Part shown: positions 1 to 12,000 of the stretch, in pieces
How the letters are laid out: each line of letters begins with the position of its first letter
Numbering within the stretch: position 1 is the first letter of the stretch
Assembly (NCBI GenBank): GCA_965202585.1
Contig: OZ241830.1
Span: 41,354,001 to 41,418,000 of the forward strand
From: Thalia democratica
Lineage: Eukaryota
Reading direction: 5' to 3'
DNA length: 64,000 nt
Translations under genes and position numbers: made by a program
Notes under the pieces: model-generated
What the model was told of the DNA's origin: nothing
What the model saw: the letters and a program-made list of their open reading frames with translations, nothing else
Databases searched by the model: none

Positions 1-3000
1 CAAAAAGAACTGCTGGCAGTGGAAAAACAATTGAAATGTTGTGTCGAGGAAAAAGATGAGCTTGAAAATTTGCTGGGCCAGAATAAGTTAGAAGTTGACA
101 GACTCAAATGCTGTCTTACTGAAAAAGAAAGTTTGATTAAAAATAATCAAGAAAATGAAAGCTTGTTTTTTGAAAAACAAAAAGAGTATCAAAGTGATAT
201 TGAAAATAGAAATACTTTTACAAAGGATCTAGAAATTACAATCAAAGAAAAAGAAAGTGCTCTAAGTGACGCCATCAACGAAAAAGAAAATTCATTAAAA
301 GATCTTGAACTAACAAGCAAAGAGGTTGTATCTTTGAAAAATAAGCTTGAAAAATGTGCTTTGGAAATTCACGATCTGCATAAAATTTTGAATAAAAAAG
401 ACAGTGAAATCCTAGAAATCACAGAAGAGTGTCAAAACGCAGCTCTCAAAGAAAAACGCTCAAAAGAAGAACTTGAAAACAGAGACGCGTCAATTGAAAA
501 AATCAAGCTTCTTCTTGCCGAGAAACAGTTTGAGTTGAAGAAAATGTCAAAAGAAAAGGAGGAGTGTTCGGAAAAACACGACGAGAGCGCCAGAATCAGC
601 GAGAAGCTTCAAGCTGCAGTGAAAGAAAAGAAGAAGGAGCTCGTAGAGTACCAGAAAGCCGTGCTGGAAGAACGAGAGAAGCTGGCAGTGGCAGTGGAAG
701 AAAGAGATCAAAAGTTGAATGAAAGTCAGCAAAAACTTTTTGAGCTGGAAGCAGCTTTGGTGCAGAAAGGAAAAGACATTTCTAGTAGTGTTGAGGAGGA
801 AAAGAAACTTCGAGGCTTACTGGATCAGAATAAATCGGAGGTTGAGAATCTTAAAAATAGCCTGGCTGATAAAGAAGTCGAGCTCATCAACAGCAAACAA
901 GAGCAAGAAAGCCTGCATTTGGTGAAACGAAAGGAGTATGAAAATGTTATCGCAAACTATTGCTCGATATTAAAAGATTTGGAAGGCAGAATAGAAGAAA
1001 AAGAAAGTTCTTTAATAAATGCCCAAATTAGGTTAGAAGAGTTAAACATTGAATGCGAAAAAATTAAATCTGAAGCTGATCAAAACATGCGAGAAAAAGC
1101 TCAGGCTATTGCAAGCCTTGAGGAAGCTGTTCTAGTTAAAGAAGAGCTAATCAAAACTAGTGTGCAAGATTTGAAAGACTTTGTTTTGAAGCACAACGAA
1201 TTGATCGAAAAGAAAGAAAATGATCTTGAAACACTTCAAACTGAAAAAGACAATATTGTCAAAAAATATGAAAATATTTTAAGCAAGAATTTAAAAGATT
1301 TCGACTTAAAACTGCAGGAAAAAGAAAACCTTGCCACAACATACAAGAAGTCTAATGAGGAGAAAAACTACATTATTAAAGAAAAAAATATCGAAATAAA
1401 TAACTTGAAAACTTCAGTCGATTCAAAACAAAATGAACTCGAGTGTGCCTTAAGCAAAACAAAAGAACTAGTTTCAGCAAACAAAATTTCAATAGCAGAT
1501 AAAGAGGCTGAAATTGTCAAGCTTATATTAGAAAAGTCAGAGTTAGCTAAAAGTAATAACAAGGAATTGAAAAAGTTTAAAGATCAAATTTTGTCGCTTG
1601 AACATGAGAAGAAGAACTTGACTGCAAAGTTTGAACTAGAAATTGACAGTAAAGATAGCCAGTTGAAAGATCTGGTGAATGAGATTGAAATGTCTGTCAC
1701 CACTTCTCGCAAGTCTATTGAAAAAGTCAATATGGACCACACTGTCGTATTGCAGTGTAAACAAAAAGAATTTGATGATTTAAAAGAACTTCTGACTAAT
1801 CTAGAAGATGAGTTCAGCGCCCTAAAAAGAGAAAATAAGCAATTGATTGCGGAACACAGTAAAGTTCTTGCAGAAAAAGTACAGTGTTATGAGTCAGCTA
1901 TTGCAGAAAAGGACAAAATGGTTGTAGAAATCAAAGATTCTTTTTGTATAACCGAAGAAGAACTGAACAAAAATCTCAAAGAAGCAGTTACAAGTCTGGA
2001 ATTAGCATCTAAAGAAGTTAGAAGTTTTGAAATCAAAATCGAAGAAAAAGAGGTTAATAAATTACTCATTGGTTTTTTTCACAATATGATTACTAGCTTA
2101 TTTTGTAAACTTATAAGTTTATTTGTATTTTAAACCTATTGTTAGATAGTTTTAAAATTCTAGCAAAATATTTTTATGTTCAGGTTATTCTCGCCAAGTT
2201 GCAAGTATCCCTAAAAGAAAAAGAAGACTTAATCACAGACATGAAGGCTGATAATGAAGATATGGTTAAAAATTACGAAGATTCGTTATTAGAGAAAGAA
2301 GAAGCTTTGAATTCCTTTCTTACTGACATTGAAAAGTTGAATTTAAACTGCCAGGAACTTAATGATGTTATCAATGCTTATGATGATGATTTAAACGACA
2401 AGGAGCAACAACTTTCTAAAGTTTGTTTTTACTAATGTTACATGTAAATGTCCATTTTGTACATAAAGCTTTTGTGATATAAGTAAAACTCATTATGATT
2501 TAATTATTTTTTAATATGTCTGAACAAAATATCTCATGCATAAAATGAAAACATTGTTGTTTAAGTTTGTTGTTTTTTCATCTCTTACTAGCTTTATTAC
2601 ACTTTATGTTTGTTAGGTACATAAAAAGCTAATTAATAATTTTTTGGTAATCTGTTTTTAATTACCTTGTAGATTGATGTTCAAATCTAAAAGCAAATGT
2701 GTTGTTATCTACTATTTATATTGTATAAGTTTTTAAAAGTACTTTAGTTTTTTATCAGTTATGTAAATCAAGGATATTATTAAGTATAACTTGGATATAT
2801 TTTTTGAACCCAAAGTTTTTGACAGTTAATAGTTTAATTTCAACATATAAATATGTAACAAAGTTAGCTAAAATGAGTTAGTTAGAAACGTTTAGTAATA
2901 ATTTAATTTTCTCAAATGTAAAGCTTATTTTGTGACAAAATAATTTTTAATATGCCTTATGATAATCAGAGCTTTTAAACTAAATGTTTATAAGTTCATG

Positions 3001-6000
3001 TTTTAAACCGAATAATAATGAATATTTATATGAAAAGGCAATAAAAGCAAAAGAGTCACTCAGTCAGGAGTACGCGGAGTACGTTGACGAAAAAGAAGAA
3101 ATAATCTCTAAACTTGACCAGCATCTCCTTGAAAAGGAAGACCAGCTCAAAAAAGTTCTTAAAGAAAAGCAAGAAGCTCTGTTCGACAGAGAAGAAACCG
3201 TTTCAAAGTACGAGGAAATATTGTTGGAAAAACAGCAAGCGTTCAAGGCTCAGTTGAAAGAAAAAGATGAAATTTGTGAGTTGATGGCTCTTGACAAGTC
3301 GAATCTGAACGAAAGCTTTCAAGAGATTATCGCTGAGAAGGAACATTCTCTTAAAACTACAGTTACTGAAAAAGAGACTGTGACTAACCAGCTCACCTGT
3401 GAGATTGCAGCTCAATCGGAGAAAATTAACATTTTAGTAAATGAACTAAACCAAGTCAAGAAGTGTTTGGAAGTTCGGATTGCTGAAAAAGAAAGCTTAA
3501 ATCAGAAGTTGTGTTTGGAAGTTGAAGAACTAAAAGTAAAGCATTCAGCGAACATCAAGTCAAAAGAAGATGCTCTCCACGAAGCCATGCTCACCATGGA
3601 ACGCAACAAAACTGTGTTCGAAAACTCTATAAAGTCGAAAGATGCCAGAATCGAGTCTATGGTGTCCAAAAGCGAGAAATTAACAGCGAATCTTGCTAAA
3701 ATCGCTGAAGAGAACACTGTTTTGGAGCAGGAATCCGAGAAATACCAGAAGCTGATGGCTAAAAAGGACGAAACTGTAGAAAACACCTTGAACGAGCTAA
3801 GAGGTCTCAACGAAGAAGTTGAAATTGTTTTGGCTGAAAAAGAAAGGCAGGAAATTTTAATATTGGAGGACAAAGCGATGATGGCAAAGTTTGAAAAGCA
3901 ATTAGCTGAGAAAGAAGACTTGCTACAGTCCTTTATGGCTGAAAAAGAGGAACTTACCAAGGAATTCAGTGAAAGTTTAAAGAAAAAGCAAAAAGTAATA
4001 ACTGCTTTATCTGATGAAACTGAAAGTTTGAAGGCTGAGCTTCACAAAACAGCAGAAGTATTTAAAGTAGCTCTTAAAAAGGCTTCAAATAGAACCGAGA
4101 TAGCAGATAAAAAACTCAAAGATGCTGTTCAACAACTTGAGAGTAATGTCAGAAAAATGGAAAATGAAAAACTTTGTCTTCAAAAAGATGTAGAAGAGCT
4201 AATTTTAAACAGCAATTTTGGTGATGAGCCTCAAAATGTCGATGAAATTTCAAGAAAGTTCTTTGAGCTTGTTGGTCAAATAGTAAACATACCAGAAAGC
4301 GATTCTTCTGAAAATGATGTTACATCTAATGCTAGTCAAACATCTTATGAAGAATCTCAATCTGTAATAGAGAGCTCCATTATTAATTCTGAGTCTGATG
4401 TTAGCCGCATAAACGTAACAAATAAAGCAGAGCTTTGCAAACTTACATCTGCTGAAAGTCAAGTTTATTCTGAAGATATACATTTAGAAACAGAAGTTTC
4501 AAGTTTTGATTTAGATACACGATTAGTATCTGCTAATAACAACACTACAATGGAGTCCGAGCTTAGTCGTTTCAAATCTTTTGCCCTTCAAAGCAGAAAC
4601 GTCGTGCAAATATTTCGCGCAGTCATCAAGCAAAAAGATGAGATTTTGAAAAATAACAAGGAAACCCTTAAAGAAAAGGACGAAACAGTCTCCAACACTC
4701 TGGACGAGGTAAAAAGCAGAATGGAAAAAGTCTTAGAGGAAAAAGAACGACAGAAAATAATGATTGTGGAAGACAAAGAACGATTGGTAGATTACGAATG
4801 CAAACTGCGTGAGAAAGACGATCTGATTGAAAAATTGGAGCTTTCTGAAAACTCCAAGGAACTAGAGCTTGCTTCTATTTTGGCTGAGAAGAAAGAACTG
4901 ATGGCTCAACTCATAAAATCAATGAAAGACCTAGAGAGTTTTAAAATAGGGAGAGAAGAAAGCTCTCAAGTTTACACTGAATCAGTGACAAATACTTTAA
5001 CGGCCACGTCTGAGGTGGGTTTTTCGGAAAACCCACAGCTAGACGCTTTGAAGCTGGCATTCACTAAATGGCAAGATTGCGACGCCATGGACCTCTTTCT
5101 TTCTCTCAGCAATTATTTCCAGAACCAGTTCAGCGAATTGTGTCAAAATGAATGTCACGAATTTGAAAGTTTTAAAGATTTTGCTGCTTTCATAATGGAC
5201 TTTTCAGAGAGTTTCTCTCTTCACGAGCTCTGCAATAACTTCAAAAACCAGGCAAATCTTCAGGTAAGCTCCAGGGAAGATATATCCTCTTCTAAAGAAC
5301 TTCATATCATGGAAACTACTAGCAACGAAATTCACGACATCTCAGAGTGCTTTAGTTTTCTCGACTGTCATTCGTCAACGACCGACGGTAATTTCAGCCA
5401 ATCAGAAGGCGCGAAGTCGAGAAGGAAGGAGAAAATGGCGAGGCTGAGCGCTCAAACGGTCATCTGTGAAGTGATAGACATCGACCACAGTAGTGTCGAT
5501 GAAGGGGAATACCGAGAGGCACCCCTGCCGTCGTACGGTGGTAACTCTCCCAAACAAGTGGTAGAAGAAGATTTCGTGAGGACTTGCGTGCAGAGATGCT
5601 CGTCTATGTTGGAATCCGGATGTGACGTCATAAGCGAGTTGAAAATACCGAAGAAGCTGAGCTCTATTTGCTCCGCGTCGGACTGCTCTTCGAGAGATTC
5701 CTTCAAAATGGCACTGACCGGTTTCGAAGTGGCGCCCGCAACCGAAGTAGAAAAGTGTTGTGAAATACCGCGGGCGAGCGGAGTGACGACCCAGAGCTTC
5801 CAAACCGCCGCCTCCGCCCTCAACAATTCCTCACGTCAAAACGAGTCGCAGATCTGCAGCCCTGAAACGTCTGGTATGGTGACTGCTTGCAATATTGAGA
5901 GAACTTTTGTGGGGGAGCAAATAAATTTGGAGGGGCTGAAGTACGGAATAGAAGGGGAAATCAGCGCCATAATGCTAGAAATAAACCGCCTTCATCAATC

Positions 6001-9000
6001 AGTGAGCGAAGAAATCGTCTCAAAGGCCGATGAGACTTTTGTTAAGGCCGCAATGGAACTTCAGAATTTTGAACTCTTACTGCAGGCTTTCGTGTCTAAA
6101 AAGTCGCAAGACTTTTGTGATTTCAACCAAGAAGAAGCTGATATGAAGAGAAAGTTTTCTGAAGTTAAAAGAATTTTAGTACAAAACATTGACAATAAAG
6201 TTTACACCAAACAGCGGTTAAATGAAATCGTCAGGGATTTGAAGGTTCGTTCAAACGAAGTTCTTGGTAAGATCTGCACTTTTTACAAGAACTACGCTAA
6301 CTCTCTCAAATCCGATTTGAATCAGAGCCAGTTCGAGAGAGAAAGGTTCGAAGATCTGGTTACGAATGACGCTGTGAAAATTAAGAATTTAAACAGAAAA
6401 GTTGAAGTGCTCAATGAGAACCAACAAAACAACGAATGTGTTATCAGGTAATTATCCTTTTTGACGTTTCAAAAATGCTAAAAATAATTTATTCAAAGCT
6501 TCATTTGTATTTAACAAATAGTTTAGATTTTATTTAGAAAATTATTTTTCTTAATCTTGTTATGATCTTATACTGAAAAATTTAATTGCTTAACCTTTAT
6601 GTTTTGTTAATTTTTAGTTTCGTGCAAAAATGATTATGTTTAAATATTCAAACTTTATTACAACCTACAAACTACAGATATTTAAAATCTGAATTAAACA
6701 AAACTGAGGGAGAGTTGAAAGAACTGGATGAAAATTGCACTACTCTGTACGGGCAGCTGGATGATTTCAGAATCACTGCTGAAAATGCCAACCAAATGTT
6801 GCTGCAAAACGAACTGGATGCATTGGAAGAAGAAGAACAACAAGATGATGAAGAAATTACAGCAGGTTTTTATCTTCATTTATAATTATTTTACTTTTTA
6901 AGCTATTGATAATTTTATAATATAAAACTAAGTGTAAGGGTTAAAGTTGCAGCAAACTAGTTATTTTAAACGAGTTTTAGATAATATACTATAAAAAAAA
7001 TGTCGCTTATAAAATTCACTCTAGTTTTAACAGAATCTACCAATAAAATTTTATTTAACAGTGATAACTTCAGAAGTAGAAACGGAATCAAAAGAAGTCA
7101 CCGAACTCAAGCAGAAATACGATGACGCGGTTAAAGAAATGAACGAAGCGTTACAACGGCTGAACTCTTTGAAGACAGAGAAAGATGAACTTTGCGACGT
7201 GATAAACGAGAAGAACGCGCTGCTGCAACAAGCTCGAGACCTCAACAGAAAAATGAAGGAAAATTTCGACGTGGAAATCGAGAGTTTGAGTGAGGAGAAG
7301 GAGAAATTGAAGTCGAAGCTCGTAGCTAATTTTCAGCGACAGAGGAATTACGACTCGTCGTTCCGGCAGTTTGACGAAAAAATGATGAACTTAGAAGGTT
7401 GTTTGGGATTATTGTTGTCAATGCACTTGAAACTATTTTAAGTACTTAAATTTACCTAGGTTTTTAGAAAAAAGTTGTCGGCTATGACTAAGTTTATAAA
7501 AAATAAATAAGATGTTATTAAAAGCTAAGCTAAATTTAGTTATAAGCACTATGTAAAATTTTATTCAATAACTAACAGCAATTTGCGAGCACTACGTTCA
7601 AGACAATGCAGTTCTCCGGCACCAAGTCGAAACACTCAACTCCGAAATTTCATCACTGCAGGAACGTTTATTCCTCATAGAGGAACAACTCATTGCCGCA
7701 GAAGACAAAATCGAAAAGTTATCAGCAGATAAAAACAAGGCTGTTGAAATTAACGAGGACAAAACAAAGCAGCTGAAAAGATTGTCAGTTGAACTGAATT
7801 GCAGCAGAAAGTTTGTAAGTAGTCTGCAAGATCAAGTTGAAAATTTACAAACAGAAGTTGCGGAATTGAACAACATCGATAGAAAAAATACAGAAGTTCA
7901 GACGAATGAAGTAAGTGTAGTTCAACCGTGCGACATGAAAATATTCGAGGAAATAAAAGATAGCATTTCCAAAACAACCCAAATGGCGTCTGAAGAACTT
8001 GACAGGTTCAGATCTGTGAATGAAGACCTAACGAGCGTAGATAAAAAGTTTCTTTCAAATAGGAAAATGCACATAGAAGGGCTGGTGCAAAGTCAACAGA
8101 GAGACATAAACAATCTCCCTCAAAACAAAGAATTCAGTGATAATTTGTTCTACGCTGTAAGCAAGAAACTGTCGCATCTTCATTTTAATCTGATGAAATT
8201 ACGTTTGGTCTTGACAACTTCACACTTACACATCGTTGACACTAAAATGACTCTTATCGATAAAAACAACGAAATTTCAACCAAACAAAAAACAATCTCG
8301 AACCTCAGCAGTCAAGTAGACCAACTCAAAATTCAAGAGTCAGAGATGAACTTGAAAATCAAGTCGCTTGATGACGCTTTGGAAGAACTAGCAGCCGTGC
8401 GTTTGAGTTTGAAAGAGAAAAATTTACTACACTCCGAACAGTGTGAAACCATTGATAATCTTAAAGCTGAAAACTCGCAAGTTCTCAAGCTGAAAGAAGA
8501 GTTTAAAGAGCTTGTAGATCAAGCGAGGAACCAGCTTGATAAGGAGCTGGAAACAAACGCAAGTCTGTGCATGCAGGTTGACCAACTGAAAGTTGAAGTT
8601 TCAAATTTGACGGGAAATCTGAATTTCGCGCAGCAGCGTTGCGATGAGGCTGATCAAGAAAAACAGGAGTTTCTCGCCATGAACGAAGAACTGAGCGAGA
8701 GTTTGAACTCGAAAGCTGTTGAAATCGCCTCTCTGAAAGATACAGTTGAGATATACGAACGAGATTTCAGATCTATCGAAAACAGTTTGGATGTTGAAAA
8801 ATCACAAAATGTTGAGCTAGCCAACGACCTGAAGAAAACTACAGCGGAGGCTGTAGAGCTAAGAAAACAGAACCAGGTGCTCAACTGTGATCTCAGTGAG
8901 TTCAAAGTTGAAAAGGAAAATATTTTGCAAAGCGCAAGCGAAAAGAAAGCAAAACTGGAAAAGAAAACTTCAGATTTGAACGACGAGCTCAAAGCTAAGC

Positions 9001-12000
9001 AGGAGCAACTCACAGAAACTTTATCAAAGGTAGTTTCGGTCACAGAAGCGTTTCAGACGCTCAAAGCCGAAAACGTTGAGAATGTTGAAAAAATTGCGTC
9101 GTTTCAAAAACAGCTGAGTGAAAAAATTACTCGACTTGAAAAAACGCAAGCAGAAAAGTGCGTGCTGGAAAGTTTGATATCTGAAAAAAATGCTAAAATT
9201 GAAGAAGTCGGAAAAACTTCAACTGACGAGATGAAAAAATTGAAAGAAGCTCATAACAAACAAATTGAAACTCTTAGCTTAGATTTGGAGCAGAAAGACA
9301 AAGAAGTTTTGCAGCTGAAAGTTCAAAGTGACGAAACGTTGAACTACAATAATCAGCTCATCGATGACTTAGAACAAAGCCTAGCGGATTTGGAGCGTGA
9401 AAAACGACAAATTATAGAAGCGAGAGAAGAAGAAAACGAAAACTTCGAGATAATTTTTGAAGAGCTCAGCGGCAGCCTCAAGCGGAAAGACGAAGAAATT
9501 GAAAAACTTCACTGCGACTACGAAATAAGAATCAGTGAAGGTGAGAAACTTTTAAAGGAAAGTTTCAACAGAGAAATGAAGTCCAGAGACGATGAAGTTG
9601 CTCATGTGGAACGAAAATTCGAGAAGCTGACCGTGGAACTTCAAGAGTTGCAGAGAACCTACTCGGATAACATAAAAGATAGAGAAAACAGACAAATTGA
9701 ACTGGAACTCGAAATTAAAAAGATTGTTTCAGATAAGGAGAAAATAGTTCTGAATCACGAGGCTGAAGTAACCCTTATGCAGGAAAAGTTTGCAAGTAAA
9801 GTATCTGAAAGCGATATTCATTTGAACAAGATCGTTTCAGAATATTCAGTGCTTTTAACCGCATTAGACGATGATATGAAGAACATTGAAAACACATACG
9901 AGGATGAAATACAAGTTAAAAACAGAAAAGAAAATGAACTACAAGAAGCTCTTGTGAATTTAAAAACGTATTGCTGTGAAATGTTTAGATTAGATACCAC
10001 TAAAGATTCAAATATAACAGAGCTAAAATGTATTGAAAAAATAGAAAGTTGTATGAAAGTAGCCAACGAGAGGCAGAATAAACTGGAAGTTGAAGTTAAA
10101 CAGCTGAAGCAAGTTGTTAACAACAAGCAAAATGAGATTACGAATTTCAAAAAGAAAGCAGTCTCATGGCACGAGTCATTAGCAAACGTGAAGAAGGAAC
10201 TCGTAGAATCTCAATCGCGTCTCGCATACCTTCCTTTGTTAAAAGAACAACTTTCAAGCATGAACTCAGCTGTGAATAAAATGAACGCTATCAATCAGGA
10301 AAAAGACAAACAGTTGATCAAACACAACGCTAAGATACACAGCTTACTGGAAGAAATAAAAGCTTCGGAACAAAAATGCTGCGAAGTCCTGAAAATTTTT
10401 GATAAAAATGCCTCAAACGTATCAAGTTTGAATTTAATGGAAATAATCAAGGAAATTAAAAGGTCGGCGGAAAGCTTTAAACCGAAACTGAACGGAATTT
10501 TGATTCAGACCGAAATGTTTGAAGATATTCTTACTAAGGATGAGAGATTGAACTCACAACTGCTGAGAACTTCCGAAAAACTAGACATACTTGAAAGGAG
10601 GTTTGCAAGCGTTTCACTGGTCGTAGCAGAAAAGAACATTTTGATAGAAAATCTGCATCTTTCTATTGAAAAGAAGAAAGACGATTTAGAAGAAAAAGAA
10701 AAAGAGTTCGAACTGACAGTCCAGGCTCTGAACGGGACCTTGCAAAGCAAACAGGAAGAGATAAGCTCGTTATTAGAAAATTTCAACCAAAAATCAATAC
10801 AGTTCGATGACTTGACCCAGAATCACGAAGCGAAGCTGAAAGAAGTCGAGTCTTTGAAGCTGCAAAACGAAGTGCTGGCCAACCACAAAGACGAAATCGA
10901 GGACAGTTTGGAGGGAAAAATATCGACTCTCGAGCAACTGCTGGCGGAGAAGGAGTTCAACTATGACGAGCTGCACACCGCGTACTCGCACTCCAGCACA
11001 AAGTTGGACAAGCTGCACGAAAATTACTCCAACCTGCAGATGACTCACCACGAGCTCACTCAGAATTTCCAGGACAAAAAGAAGGAAGCCGAAGCGTCTC
11101 AGGGTTTGCTGAAAATCAAGCAGGCCGCTCTGGACGAACTGAACGGAATGGTCTTCACCAAAAACAAGGAGATAGAGCAGCTGTACGAAGAAAACGGGAA
11201 CGACAAGAACAAGATTGCCGGTATGAAGGAGGAGGTCAGCAGAAGTGGAGAGGCTCTCAGCTGTTTGGAGCTGCGCATAAAAAATAAAATGCTGGAAATC
11301 GAAGATCTGCACAAGTCTCTTGATCAAAACCAAGAACATTTTAAAGCTGAAATATTGCAGAAAGAGAAGGAAATTAATATTTTGACTGCAAGTTTAAACA
11401 GAAGCCAATTTGATCAAGAAAAAATAAAAAGTAAGCTTGAAACAGTTTTGGAGGAACTGAAAAAATCACAGAAAGAACTTGAATTGTCAAGAAACGAAGC
11501 AGATTCAATTCAGGCTGAGCTGTTTTCAATGAAAGACGAAATAAACGACAAAAAATCGGAGCTCCTAGCTGCTAACTCAAACTTAGTAGCAAAAGAAGCG
11601 GTTTGCAGCGGCCTAGAACATTGCTATAAGGAGAAGGAAATAGAGATGAAGGAATTGGAAGAAAAGTACAAGTTTAAGCTGGACGAAAATAAAGAATTGA
11701 GAGAGGAAATACAGAGGATCGAACAAACAGTGCAGAGTTTGAATTTAAACAACAGCAGACTGCAGAGCTCGCTGTTTGAAGAGAAAAATGCCCTATCTCG
11801 TCTTCAGACTCTCATTACTAACAGGTTTGTTTGCATCGGTTAAGTTTTTAGCTACTCAAAGTCTACTTTTTACCTACTACCAACGCCTATAAGTATTTCT
11901 TGATATTTAAAAAGGATAATTATATCTCTTGTAATTAAATTTTAAATCTTAAAATATTTATAACATTTTATTATTTTCCTAGCTTTGTTTTAAGTTCAAT

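Noticed and set aside
2673-2690. Acceptor at 2672 followed by IDVQI* as an alternative terminal exon
   Set aside because: No convincing donor or poly(A) signal nearby; indistinguishable from a chance acceptor.
8654-11339. Long minus-strand ORFs (8654-9043, 9818-10150, 10794-11339; likewise 3502-3960, 40971-41366, 55630-56196)
   Set aside because: S/F/L-rich antisense shadows of E/K-rich coding exons, with no independent motifs.
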